This document shows positions 1 to 11,799 of a stretch of 64,000 nt of DNA, one piece after another. A model generated the notes under the pieces. That model made no database searches. It was not told the DNA's origin and worked only from the letters and a program-made list of their open reading frames with translations. Within the stretch, counting starts at the first letter, position 1. Each line of letters starts with the position of its first letter. The position numbers and the translations under genes are program-made. Source of the DNA: Chloroflexota bacterium (GTDB lineage Bacteria; Chloroflexota; UBA11872; VXOZ01); the NCBI GenBank assembly GCA_965221905.1, contig OZ244922.1, positions 1,600,001 to 1,664,000 of the forward strand, written 5' to 3'.

Positions 1-1688
1 GTGGGGTGCGCTTGAGTTCGGAGGTCCGCAGCCGCGGTGGAGAAACTCGCGAGCGCTGCCCGTGCCTGGGCAAACTGCGTCCCTTGGGCCACGTCAGGAA
101 AGGCGGCTGCCAACTCCTCCACGTATCGTTCAATTACGCCTACCTGGCTTACAGCTTCATTAGCTTGTTGTGCAGGTGTCCTTTCTCCGCCGGCCGTGGG
201 AGCAAGCAGTGAAGCGGAGATTTGGTCAAGTTGCGTGGAAACCCTGAAAGCATCAGTGGTGCCATCGCCAATGGGGTCAAGGATACTGCGAGTCCGGTCT
301 ACAGAATCCAGTGCCAGAAGTCGGTCTTGCAGCTCAGCAAGAGCGCGCAAGTGCGGGGTCGATGCGAGGTCGGTGCTCTCAGGAAGCTGCAGCAGCACCA
401 CTGCAGGCGCGAACTCTCCTTGCGGGAAGTGCTCTGCAATGGCATCAAAGCCTTGGCGTGAATCCGTAGTATTCGGCAGGGAACCGACCACAGAAAGATT
501 CTCGCGATACTGCAGCAGTCCCAGGTAAGGAATTGCCAGAAGCACGCTGATGACTATTACAGGAATTAGCGGGCGGATGGCAACCAGATTGCTTACTTTT
601 ACCCAGAAGGCAGACGGTTGTGTGTTTTCGACGCTTGTCTTCCGCGGCCAGAAGAGATGACGACCAAAGAGGGAGAGCAAAGCCGGCGTAAGCGTAAGCC
701 CGGCGAGCAGCGTGATACCAACGGCAACCGCCAGACCGGGTCCCATAGTTTTCACGAGGCCGAAGCGCGCAAACCCAAGTGCGGAAAGACCGACCATCGT
801 GGTTATGGCGCTGGCAAAAATTACTGCTCCGATGCGCTGAACGGAGCGTACCGCCGCTTCATAGGCAGAATGGTGCGCCAGTTCTTCACGAAAACGGGAG
901 ATGAAGAAGAGGGAATAGTCGGTGCCGGCGCCGAAAACAAGCACCACCATGTAGGTGTCAAGTAGGGAGGAGATTTGCCATCCCGCCTCTGTTAGGTATC
1001 CGAGAACGCCCCGTGACACGAGGTAGGCAAGCGTAATGGTGATGAGGGGAATGAGGACGGCAAGTGGTGAACGATAGATGATGAAGAGCAGGGCGATTAC
1101 GAGAATGACCGTAACGATGGTTGTGCGTTCCGTGCTCTCGACGATGCTATCCACCAGGTCTGTGCCCAGGCCGGCCTCGCCGGTAAAGTGCACGGCTAGG
1201 CCGTCGGGTTTGCCTTGCTCCACCCGCTCTCGGATGACATATGTTGCCTCGTCCACCACCGGCTGAAATGCCTCAACGGTCAGGTTCACCTTCATGAGCA
1301 TGGCAGCACTATCGGGGCTGACTAGCGTGTTTTCCTGCTCCGGGTGACTGAAGACGGAGACCACGTCTTGCACAATGGCCGGGCCCTCGGGAGAGAGCAG
1401 CCAGTTGTGGATGGCTTCGGCGAATCCGCGGTCCGCCGCGGTGAGCCCGCCCTCACGTGTGAGAATCAGCAGACCGGTGCTAGCGCTGCCGCTGGCAGCG
1501 AATTTCTCGGCTTCCAACGTGCGGGCGGCAATAGAATTAGCAGCAGCAGGAAGAAAGCTCGTCTGATTGGAAGAAGCGACTTCGCTAATGGATGGGGCAG
1601 TGAGGCCAAGGAAGAGCGCCAGAGCGATCCACAGCAGGAGAATTGGAATGCGAAGGGGCACGACTAGATGCCCAAACCTACGGAACAT
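1..1688 (-). CDS. MMPL/RND family transporter (partial, runs off left edge; absent from ORF track)
   Basis: Manual translation from ATG at 1688: MFRRFGHLVVPLRIPILLLWIALALFLGLTAPSISEVASSNQTSFLP..., later VLVFGAGTDYSLFFISRFREEL (MMPL G-x-D-Y motif); multiple TM segments. Confidence 0.9.
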   Translation of the reverse strand, partial: MFRRFGHLVVPLRIPILLLWIALALFLGLTAPSISEVASSNQTSFLPAAANSIAARTLEAEKFAASGSASTGLLILTREGGLTAADRGFAEAIHNWLLSPEGPAIVQDVVSVFSHPEQENTLVSPDSAAMLMKVNLTVEAFQPVVDEATYVIRERVEQGKPDGLAVHFTGEAGLGTDLVDSIVESTERTTIVTVILVIALLFIIYRSPLAVLIPLITITLAYLVSRGVLGYLTEAGWQISSLLDTYMVVLVFGAGTDYSLFFISRFREELAHHSAYEAAVRSVQRIGAVIFASAITTMVGLSALGFARFGLVKTMGPGLAVAVGITLLAGLTLTPALLSLFGRHLFWPRKTSVENTQPSAFWVKVSNLVAIRPLIPVIVISVLLAIPYLGLLQYRENLSVVGSLPNTTDSRQGFDAIAEHFPQGEFAPAVVLLQLPESTDLASTPHLRALAELQDRLLALDSVDRTRSILDPIGDGTTDAFRVSTQLDQISASLLAPTAGGERTPAQQANEAVSQVGVIERYVEELAAAFPDVAQGTQFAQARAALASFSTAAADLRTQAHP

Positions 1689-2072
1689 CAAGTCACACTA
1701 GCAGCGGCGGGTGCAAAGAGGATTGTTATTCTGCATTCTCCTAATCCGGATCGTATTCGAGGCGAGAGATAATTCCCTCTAAGAATCATTGTACAATCAG
1801 ATTATTAGGCCCACAACTGCTTGTATTCCTTATGAATTGCAGTACGCGCCGTCGAAGACAATCGCATTCGTGTGATCATGAGACAGGGCGGCAGCACTCG
1901 CAGTGTGCAAACGCAATAATCTGGTTGCTAAGGATCACGGTGCCTAGTTTCAAGCTTGTACTCTAATGTGCTGCTCGGCAATGCCGTTGACTTCTGACTC
2001 TGTAACGGGTTTCATGTTGAAGATAGGCGTTTCCGGCGCAAGGCAATTGCGCAAGGGGACAAACAAACGGAG

Positions 2073-2280
2073 TTAGTAGGTTTGGACTTGGGCGGCGCAG
2101 ATATGCGATGGATGACCGTACCCGCGCGCAAGCAGTTCCTAGATCTGTCATTCTGAGGAGCGCAGCGACGAAGTATCTCGTGTATACCGGATTCCAGATT
2201 CCTCGAACTCTGGTTCGCCGCTGCCCGCTCGGAATGACATGAATTCTGGCCCAATGATGGATCAAGTCCAAGTCTACTAA
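2073..2280. mobile_element. Non-autonomous composite element: 18-bp imperfect TIRs enclosing an inverted pair of TGTC/CGTC-type REPs
   Basis: TIR-L ttagtaggtttggacttg (2073-2090), TIR-R caagtccaagtctactaa (2263-2280), 16/18 match; internal tgtcattctgaggagcgcagcgacgaagtatct ... agattcctcg...gctcggaatgaca; sister copy at 24711-24932. Confidence 0.7.
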
Positions 2281-2324
2281 TTTTAAAAACAAAACACGGA
2301 AAGTGAGAGGGGTAAAGGAACACC

Positions 2325-3140
2325 ATGAAGAAGGGTCTCAACCGTGGAGCATTGCCGCAGGATTGGCAACCTACGCAAATTCTCGATACGGCTAAGGAAG
2401 CGGGTTTCGACGGTGTGGAGCTGACGTTTGGCAGTGAAGGATCCTTGCACGTCAACCTCACCAATGACGAGTTGGGCGCAATTCGGAAACATGCGGAGTC
2501 CATCGGGCTTGAGTTACCGAGTACCTATACCAGCTTGAATTGGCAGGTGCTCATGACGTCTGCCGACCCGGACGTACGTGAGAATGCGGCGCGCATCAAC
2601 GAGCGAATGCTGGAGGTGGCGCATGAGATTGGTGCGAACACGCTGCTGATTGTGCCGGGAGTGGTTGATGAAAACACCGCCTACGACGATGCGTATAACC
2701 GGGCGCGCGACGGAATTGCGGGTCTTGTTCCAAAGGCAAGAAGCCTGGGCGTGTCGATCGGGATAGAGAACGTCTGGAATAAGTTTTTGCTCAGTCCGCT
2801 TGAGTTCGCCCGCTTCGTGGACGAGATCAATGACCCACACGTAGGCGCCTACTTTGACGTGGGTAACATCCTTGCTTATGGCTATCCGGAACAATGGATT
2901 CGGATACTTGGCAAGCGCATCAAGAAGTGCCACGTCAAGGACTTTGTCGTGCAGGGCCCCGGGGGGCACTTTGTGCCACTTTTGGAAGGCTCGGTTGACT
3001 GGACGGCCGTGCGCCAGGCGTGGCGCGAGATCGGCTACGAGGACTATGTCACCGTAGAGCTTGGGCCTTTACGCCACAATCCGGCACTGGGCGCGCGTAT
3101 AATGGCTGAATCCTTGGATACGATCTTCGGCTTAGGCTAA
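2325..3140 (+). CDS. Sugar phosphate isomerase/epimerase (xylose-isomerase-like TIM barrel, hexulose-6-P/L-ribulose-5-P epimerase-like)
   Basis: AGFDGVEL, IENVWNKFLLSP, YFDVGN, HVKD, VTVE motifs; RBS aagga. Confidence 0.9.
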   Translation: MKKGLNRGALPQDWQPTQILDTAKEAGFDGVELTFGSEGSLHVNLTNDELGAIRKHAESIGLELPSTYTSLNWQVLMTSADPDVRENAARINERMLEVAHEIGANTLLIVPGVVDENTAYDDAYNRARDGIAGLVPKARSLGVSIGIENVWNKFLLSPLEFARFVDEINDPHVGAYFDVGNILAYGYPEQWIRILGKRIKKCHVKDFVVQGPGGHFVPLLEGSVDWTAVRQAWREIGYEDYVTVELGPLRHNPALGARIMAESLDTIFGLG

Positions 3141-3403
3141 AAAGGAATTGCGGTCAATCTGGAAGTCTCTTTCACTCCCAAGCAGGTTGTTTTCGACCGA
3201 CATCGGCGAATTTGCCGCAGGCGGTTTGTTCCGCAAGACTTGGTACGGGCAAGCTTCCCCACTCTCCGGGGAGAGGGTGCGACCTGTGTTCCGACCATGC
3301 AGGACGGTGCATCTAGGCGCTATGCAAGGAACGCGGGGACGCATATGCAGAGTTGTTGCAAGGTCAACAAAGAGGCCGAACTGCAATTGGGTTGTCTGCT
3401 CCG

Positions 3404-4354
3404 CTATGGGGCCACGACGCCGAGGGAGCGGTAGAAGCTGTAACGACGCTCCATCAGTGTGTTTAGCGGAAGCTCTTGCAGCGCGCCTAGCTCTTCCACG
3501 AGGGTAGTCTTCAGTGCCCGCGCCGCGCCGCGCGGGTCCACGTGTGCGCCGCCGGTCGGTTCGGGAACGACCCGGTGGATGATGCCGAGTTCTGCAAGAT
3601 CGTGGGCAAAGGGCTTCAAGGAACCGGCCGCTTCCGGCGCGAACTTTGCGTCTTTCCAGACTATCGAAGCTGCTCCCTCCGGTGAAGCTACCGAATAAAT
3701 GCTGTATTGAAGCATAAGCACGCGGTCGCCTATCCCCAGCGCTAATGCCCCGCCACTGCCGCCCTCTCCAATGACGGTGACGATGATTGGCGTCCGCAAC
3801 CGGCTCATCGTTAGCAAGTTTTCGGCAATCGCCCACGCCTGGCCGCGCTCCTCATCGGCGAGGAAGGGGCTAGCGCCGGGGATGTCGAGGAAGGTGAAGA
3901 GCGGCAACCGAAATTTCTCTGCCTGCAGCATGAGTCGCCGTGCCTTGCGGAAGCCCTCGGGGTGCGCCATGCCGAAGTTGCGCTGCTGGTTGTCCTTTGC
4001 ATCCTTACCTTTCTGATGGCCTACCACCATGACCGGTGTGCCTTCAAGGCGAGCCGGCCCGCCGACTACCGCCAAATCGTCACCGAAGTGGCGGTCGCCG
4101 TGAAGTTCTACAAATTCGGTGAAGGCATGGCGGATAAAGTCCAGGGTGCGCGGGCGCTGGGGGTGCCGCGCAAGCTGCACCCGTTCCCACGGCGAGAGAC
4201 TTGCAAACACATCCTCGGTCTGACGCGCTAGCTCCGTGCGGAGCGTTTGCAACTCCTGCGCTGCGTCATCCGGAGCACCGTTCTTGATTTCAAACTCCAT
4301 CGAGTCGATGCGCTCACGCAGGTGGACTAGTGCTTGTTCGAATTCGTACGCCAT
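3404..4354 (-). CDS. accA: Acetyl-CoA carboxylase carboxyltransferase alpha subunit
   Basis: ARHPQRP, ELHGDRHFGDD, NFGMAHPEGFRKA, GEGGSGGALA, SPEGAASIVWKD. Confidence 0.97.
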   Translation of the reverse strand: MAYEFEQALVHLRERIDSMEFEIKNGAPDDAAQELQTLRTELARQTEDVFASLSPWERVQLARHPQRPRTLDFIRHAFTEFVELHGDRHFGDDLAVVGGPARLEGTPVMVVGHQKGKDAKDNQQRNFGMAHPEGFRKARRLMLQAEKFRLPLFTFLDIPGASPFLADEERGQAWAIAENLLTMSRLRTPIIVTVIGEGGSGGALALGIGDRVLMLQYSIYSVASPEGAASIVWKDAKFAPEAAGSLKPFAHDLAELGIIHRVVPEPTGGAHVDPRGAARALKTTLVEELGALQELPLNTLMERRYSFYRSLGVVAP

Positions 4355-4356
4355 AG

Positions 4357-5265
4357 TTAGGTCACAGTCTCTGCTTGCGGCACACCGTCGGTGCGGGGAT
4401 CCGGTGCATGGGGGGCGTAAAGGCCGATCAAACGGGCGACCGTGCGCCGCAGATCGCTGCGCGGCACGATACAGTCCACCATACCGCGCGTGAGCATGAA
4501 TTCGGCGGAGTGAGTCCCGGCGGGCAGCTTGGCGTGGGTGATCTGCTCAATGAGGCGCGGGCCGGTGAAACCAATCGTGGCTTGTGGTTCGGCGACTATC
4601 ACGTCGGCGAGCGTGGCGAAACTGGCGGTGACGCCAGCGAGCGTGGGGTCGGTGAGTATTGAGACGTAGAGCACGCGGGCCTCATGCAGTCGCGTTAAGG
4701 CGGCAGAAGTCTTAGCCATCTGCATCAACGAGAACATGCCTTCTTCCATGCGCGCGCCTGCCGACGCTGCAACTATGATGAGCGGTGTGCGCGTTTCAGT
4801 GGCAAGCTCGATGGCGCGGGTGATCTTCTCGCCGACCACCGAACCCATGGTAGCCATGAAGAAGTTCGTGTCTATGACGGCCAGCACTACGTCCTCGCCG
4901 CGAATCGAGCCGGTGCCGTAGATGACTGATTCCGGTATGCCGGCTTTGTCTGCTTCGTCCTCAAGCTTTTGATCGTAGCTGCGATCGGGTCTCTCAAAGT
5001 CTAGTATGTCCTGCGAGCGCATGGCGCTGTCGCGCTCGGCAAACGTATCCGGATCGAGGAGAAACTCCACGCGCTTGCGGGCGCTCAGTCGTGCGTGGTG
5101 GTCGCACTTCGGGCAGACGTGCGCATTCTGCTCAAATTCAGCAGCATAGATCATCTCGCCGCAGCCTGCGCACTTTTCCCAAAGTTCATCAGGCACGTCC
5201 GGCTGCCGCTGCCGCCCGGGCAGGAAGCCGAACCGCCGTTCTTGATTGCTGAATAATTTCCGCAT
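4357..5265 (-). CDS. accD: Acetyl-CoA carboxylase carboxyltransferase beta subunit
   Basis: Zn finger LWEKCAGC...CPKC, MGSVVGEKI, GARMEEGMFSLMQMAK, GFTGPRLIEQ; 2 bp from accA. Confidence 0.97.
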   Translation of the reverse strand: MRKLFSNQERRFGFLPGRQRQPDVPDELWEKCAGCGEMIYAAEFEQNAHVCPKCDHHARLSARKRVEFLLDPDTFAERDSAMRSQDILDFERPDRSYDQKLEDEADKAGIPESVIYGTGSIRGEDVVLAVIDTNFFMATMGSVVGEKITRAIELATETRTPLIIVAASAGARMEEGMFSLMQMAKTSAALTRLHEARVLYVSILTDPTLAGVTASFATLADVIVAEPQATIGFTGPRLIEQITHAKLPAGTHSAEFMLTRGMVDCIVPRSDLRRTVARLIGLYAPHAPDPRTDGVPQAETVT

Positions 5266-5516
5266 AAACCGGCTTAGTCGTTAAGTAATAGGGGGACTCC
5301 ACAGACATTATACCAATGGCACGACTGTGGGTATATGCCTGGGGTTGTGACCGGTTTATAGATCGCTGGAATGCACGGCAGCCGAGATTCACAGACCGTT
5401 GTGGCAGGGCATGTAGTCGAAGTTGCAACTAAACTTCAATGATATTGACTATATTCCTGCCAAGGTGGTAGGGTTATGTCGGTAGTAAGATTGACCCTTT
5501 ATTAAGGAGGGGCACA

Positions 5517-6908
5517 GTGAAAACAGCGCACGTTTCGCGACGCAGTTTCTTAGCGGGAACTGGGATTGGCGCCGCAACGCTCTTTGCGGCGGCTTGCGGT
5601 GTTCAGCCGGCAGCAGCACCGGAGGCAGCGGAACCGGAAGCAGAGGCGGAAGAGCCCAAGGCCATGATGGAGCCGGGAGCGGTCGAAGGTGTGGTGACGG
5701 TCTGGAGTCCCACCAAGTACGACTTTGGCACCGACACCGGCGGCGAGATCTCAAATGCATTTCGTGAGGCATACGACAACAAGGTCCGCGTAGTGGGCTC
5801 TACGCCGGCAAGTTTGTGGAATACCGTAATGACCGCGGCCGCGGCCGGCGCTTCGCCGGACGTTGCCTCCGGTGGCGACTGGTTCTCACCGGAGTGGGGG
5901 CTCACCGGTGTGGCAACCGACCTCTTGCCGCGCGTCAAGGCCTCCAAGCTGGATATGAACGAACTCTGGGAATCTCTCTTCCAAGAGAATTACTGGGATG
6001 GCAAGCTGTACGGCTTCACCTATTCTCCCGACCTGCGCGTAATGTACATTCGGTCGGAGAGCTATCTGGAAGCTGGGCTTGATCCGGAGAATCCGCCCCA
6101 GTATTGGGACGAGATGGAAGAGGTGGTGGTCAAGACATCCAAGCAAGATGCTGGCGGCGTGCTTACCGTCTCCGGCTATGCGCCGTTCTGGGGCAGCGGC
6201 GGCCACAACGAGTGGATCGTTCCCCTAACGCAGCTCGGAGGCTCGCGCTTTAGCGATGACCGCTGGACGGTCACGATCAATAGCCCGGAGGCCGTGGAGG
6301 CGCTCACGTGGCTGAAGAAGATATTTGATCTCCAGGGCGGCTGGGACAACGTCAAGCAACTCAGAGGCAAGGGCATTCGGTCCAACGTGCACTTCAATGA
6401 CGGCCGTATCGCCAACTACTGGGCGACGTATGCTGAGCGTGGCGAGTGGCTGCGGGTCAACGCGCCGGACCTCTCCTTCCACTTCATGACGTATCCGCGC
6501 CCGCGTTCCACCGATAAGCACGCAACCTGGGGCGGTACGCATACGTGGCACATTGGCAATAGCGCCTCCAACCCGGACGGCGGCTGGGCATTCATTGAGT
6601 TTGGTGCCCGACCCGAATGGAACCTGAAGTTCTGCAAGCGCTTCGACCGCATTCCGATCCGCATTGACGTGACCCATTCGGAGGAGTTTCACGAGAACGA
6701 TCCGTTCTTGCTGACGCAGAACGCGATGATTCCACACCGCGTGGGCAACGTTGGTATTCCCGGCGCAGAGGCCTTGCGCCGACGCTGGCGAATTCCGTTG
6801 GTCGACGACGTGACCTCGGGCAAGTTGACGCCGCAGGAAGGCTTGGCGGCAGCCGAGCACGACATGCAGGCCATACTTGACGAATGGAAAGCCCGCATCG
6901 ACGGCTAG
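5517..6908 (+). CDS. Extracellular solute-binding lipoprotein (sugar ABC, family 1), Tat signal
   Basis: SRRSFL twin-arginine plus AAACG lipobox, Ala/Glu/Pro linker, SBP motifs (DGKLYG, PPQYWDE, EAVEALTW); GTG start after aaggagg. Confidence 0.9.
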   Translation: MKTAHVSRRSFLAGTGIGAATLFAAACGVQPAAAPEAAEPEAEAEEPKAMMEPGAVEGVVTVWSPTKYDFGTDTGGEISNAFREAYDNKVRVVGSTPASLWNTVMTAAAAGASPDVASGGDWFSPEWGLTGVATDLLPRVKASKLDMNELWESLFQENYWDGKLYGFTYSPDLRVMYIRSESYLEAGLDPENPPQYWDEMEEVVVKTSKQDAGGVLTVSGYAPFWGSGGHNEWIVPLTQLGGSRFSDDRWTVTINSPEAVEALTWLKKIFDLQGGWDNVKQLRGKGIRSNVHFNDGRIANYWATYAERGEWLRVNAPDLSFHFMTYPRPRSTDKHATWGGTHTWHIGNSASNPDGGWAFIEFGARPEWNLKFCKRFDRIPIRIDVTHSEEFHENDPFLLTQNAMIPHRVGNVGIPGAEALRRRWRIPLVDDVTSGKLTPQEGLAAAEHDMQAILDEWKARIDG

Positions 6909-6944
6909 CCCTAGGGCCTTCATAACGCATGTCGTTTGCGTTTT

Positions 6945-6980
6945 CCACCCGCCTTGTAATTTGCAGGGCGGGTGGTTTCT
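6945..6980 (+). terminator. Intrinsic terminator after SBP gene
   Basis: ccacccgccttgtaa-t-ttgcagggcgggtgg hairpin followed by tttct. Confidence 0.65.
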
Positions 6981-7067
6981 TGTAGAGTGCTTATATCCGG
7001 CGTGCTGGATCCTTACAGGATTACGTTGCAAGGATGCGCGATGAATAGCGGCAGCGTATCATTGTGC

Positions 7068-7211
7068 TTAGAATCCGCCTCGAAAGAAAGTTGACCTGGA
7101 GAGTCCCTCCCTTTGACACGCTCCAGGTGTGAGTCGCGCTAAAGACCGTTCGTGCTGAGCCTGTTGGAGCACGAGTTGGTACGCCGCGCTGAACTATGAA
7201 GCGGGTTCTAG
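7068..7211. repeat. TIR-bounded element containing a ccgttcgtgctgagcctgt-type REP
   Basis: ttagaatccgcctc ... gaagcgggttctag imperfect TIR; REP at 7146-7179. Confidence 0.5.
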
Positions 7212-7265
7212 TAAACTGTGAACAACGCGGCTGACGCCTAATGAACATGCTGGAGGAGAGCAATA

Positions 7266-7988
7266 ATGGCGCTTTCTGACGATCAAATTAAGCTCTTTCG
7301 TCACAATGGATTCCTGCGGCTGCCGGGGCGGCTGCCCGACGAGACGGTGGCGCAACTCAAAAAGACCATTCTCAAAGACGTTGAAAATGTGGTCGAACCG
7401 GTGGTGCGCGACAAGAATGGGGACGTGATCCGACTTTCCCAAGTACTTGATCGGGATCCGATATTCAAAGAGATCGCGACCAGTTCGCTCGTGCTCGACT
7501 CATTGGAGTCACTGCTGGGGCCAAACATCGAGCTCATCACAAATCGGCACAACCATGCCACGCTCAACCCGCCGTCTCGCGGCTACACGGGCCTGCACCG
7601 CGACGTACTCCAGTGGTCACGCGACATCGTGACGGTGATTTTCTATTTGGAAGAAGCCACGGTTGAAAACGGCTGTACGCACGCCGTTCCCGGTACGCAC
7701 CTCTTCAATTGGATTCAGAATCCCGGCACGAAGACGAGCGTCGAGAGCGTCATCACCGATGAAATCCGCCAACAAGAAATTCCGCTGCCGAGTCCGGCCG
7801 GGGGCCTGGCCGTTATCGACAGCCAGATATTTCACCGCGTAGGCACAAATCTATCCACAGGCACACGCACGAGCATGACCATGGGCTATGTGAGTGTGGA
7901 TGAACTCGCCGGGGTAAAGGACCCCTATCGGATACAGGTGCGGGGAACGGTAGCATATGGCGGCAATGTTGCGCGCAGTATGATGTAA
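7266..7988 (+). CDS. Phytanoyl-CoA dioxygenase (PhyH) family Fe(II)/2OG dioxygenase
   Basis: FRHNGFL N-terminus, HxD (LHRD), ENGCTHAVPGTH, distal His (FHR). Confidence 0.9.
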   Translation: MALSDDQIKLFRHNGFLRLPGRLPDETVAQLKKTILKDVENVVEPVVRDKNGDVIRLSQVLDRDPIFKEIATSSLVLDSLESLLGPNIELITNRHNHATLNPPSRGYTGLHRDVLQWSRDIVTVIFYLEEATVENGCTHAVPGTHLFNWIQNPGTKTSVESVITDEIRQQEIPLPSPAGGLAVIDSQIFHRVGTNLSTGTRTSMTMGYVSVDELAGVKDPYRIQVRGTVAYGGNVARSMM

Positions 7989-8118
7989 TCCCTCAGATAT
8001 GCACGCTGTGATTCACCTGTAGATTGGCTGAACGCTGGCAAGAAGTGACTTACCGCTTGCGCTGAAATGACGGCGATAGGCGTCGCCAGAATGCGGTGAT
8101 CGGGTCTAGCCATTGGAT

Positions 8119-8146
8119 GTAGGGGCACGACATGTCGTGCCCCTAC
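8119..8146. repeat. GTAG-type REP, perfect 28-bp palindrome
   Basis: gtaggggcacgacatgtcgtgcccctac between convergent genes. Confidence 0.85.
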
Positions 8147-8188
8147 GGTGTTCCTACGGCCAGTCATGGGTTGGCCGTATTTCCGGCG

Positions 8189-10225
<2,037 letters not shown>

Positions 10226-10467
10226 CAGACCCTCTTCAGTGGTTTAGAAAGTGTGCCGGGCAGAAGATCGTTTCCTGGCGCTCCGCAGGTTGTCAGCAAT
10301 CATCTACTGCGCTACCTGCTCAAGTTCCTTACCATCGTGACAGATGGTTGCACGTGCAGCAAGCGCGAGAGGGGCGGGCATGTTCTTGGTGAAAGGAGAA
10401 ACGAACTATTCGTTCGCTTGCCATTAGGCGGGAGTATAATGAAAGAAAGTGCAGGGGAGGAGCGACG

Positions 10468-11799
10468 ATGCGCAGAGTGTTATTAGGCATAGTTATTCTG
10501 GCTGCCGCACTCCTTATGGTTGAAGGGGCTCTTGCACAAGAGCGCATGGGCACGGTAGATACCGTTCGCATAACCGGTGCCATTGATCCAGCCTCCGAGA
10601 GGCTCTTCGCGCGCGCACTCGACCGCGCCATTGCCGACCAAGCGGAAGTACTTATCGTTCTCCTCGACACTCCCGGCGGTCTTGACTCCTCTATGCGGGC
10701 CATGGTGCAGGGAATGCTGATGTCTCCTGTGCCGATTGTAGTCTACGTCTACCCCCAGGGGGGCCGCGCGGCCAGCGCAGGTGTTTTCTTGGCCATGGCG
10801 GCGCACGTGGCGGTGATGGCGCCGGGCACCGATATCGGCGCTGCGCATCCGGTTGCTGCCGGCGGCGGGCAGATCACTGGAGTCATGAACGATAAGGTGA
10901 CTAATGAAGCAGTGGCCTACATCCGCAGTCTGGCGGAACTGCGGCAACGGAACGCCGAATGGGCAGAGCAGGCGGTTCGTTCCAGTCAGACTATGACGGC
11001 GCAGGAGGCGGTGGAGGCCGATGTGGTGGACTTCATTGCGCGTGATGTTCCGGACCTTCTTGCACAGCTCCAAGGATATCAGGTGCAAACGCCCACGTGG
11101 TCACGTACGCTCGTCGTTGAGGGTGCGCCGTTGCGCGAATTGGAACAAAACTTCGCGGAACAGGCACTTAAGTTCATTTTCAACCCCAATACCGCCTATT
11201 TGCTCTTCTTAATTGGTCTCTATGCCGTAATTGCAGAGCTGTATAACCCAGGTGCGGTACTACCGGCGGTAGTAGGTGCTATAGCAATCGTGCTGGCGCT
11301 GGTGGCGTTCGGGATGCTGCCCATAAACTGGGGCGGCGTGGTGCTGCTTGTGGTGGCTGCAGCATTGATTGCATTCGAGGCGCAGAATCCCGGTCTCGGC
11401 GTGCTTGGATTCGGCGGCGTGGCGGCGCTAGTGCTGGGCACGTTGCTGCTCTACCAGCCGCTCACCGCTCCATTTGGCGGCCCGTTCTTTGTATCGCCCT
11501 GGGTGCTTGGCTTCATGGTAGTGCTCACAGTAGCTTTTCTCCTCCTATTGCTGCGAATTGCTGCGCAGTCGCAAAACCAGCCTCAGCAGTTTCGTGGTCA
11601 GCGGCGCATTGTCGGACAAGAAGGTGTGGCGGTGACGGCACTGGACCCCGAAGGCGTCGTGCGGGTAGGCGGTGAGGAATGGTCGGCCCGCACCATGGGC
11701 ACGGCGGTCGCGGAAGGCGAACAGGTTTGGGTCTATGATGTAGAGGGTCTTGCCCTAGTGGTAGGCCCGGCGCCGGAGATACCGGCACTGTCAACCTAA
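10468..11799 (+). CDS. NfeD family membrane-bound serine protease (long form)
   Basis: DTPGG, AASAG, IGAAHP ClpP-like motifs, TM block, C-terminal OB fold (GEEWSAR); paired with SPFH gene. Confidence 0.93.
   Translation: MRRVLLGIVILAAALLMVEGALAQERMGTVDTVRITGAIDPASERLFARALDRAIADQAEVLIVLLDTPGGLDSSMRAMVQGMLMSPVPIVVYVYPQGGRAASAGVFLAMAAHVAVMAPGTDIGAAHPVAAGGGQITGVMNDKVTNEAVAYIRSLAELRQRNAEWAEQAVRSSQTMTAQEAVEADVVDFIARDVPDLLAQLQGYQVQTPTWSRTLVVEGAPLRELEQNFAEQALKFIFNPNTAYLLFLIGLYAVIAELYNPGAVLPAVVGAIAIVLALVAFGMLPINWGGVVLLVVAAALIAFEAQNPGLGVLGFGGVAALVLGTLLLYQPLTAPFGGPFFVSPWVLGFMVVLTVAFLLLLLRIAAQSQNQPQQFRGQRRIVGQEGVAVTALDPEGVVRVGGEEWSARTMGTAVAEGEQVWVYDVEGLALVVGPAPEIPALST

Noticed and set aside
6-1667. Several plus-strand ORFs at the left edge
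   Set aside because: Shadows of the minus-strand MMPL gene, which the ORF track missed because its stop lies outside the window
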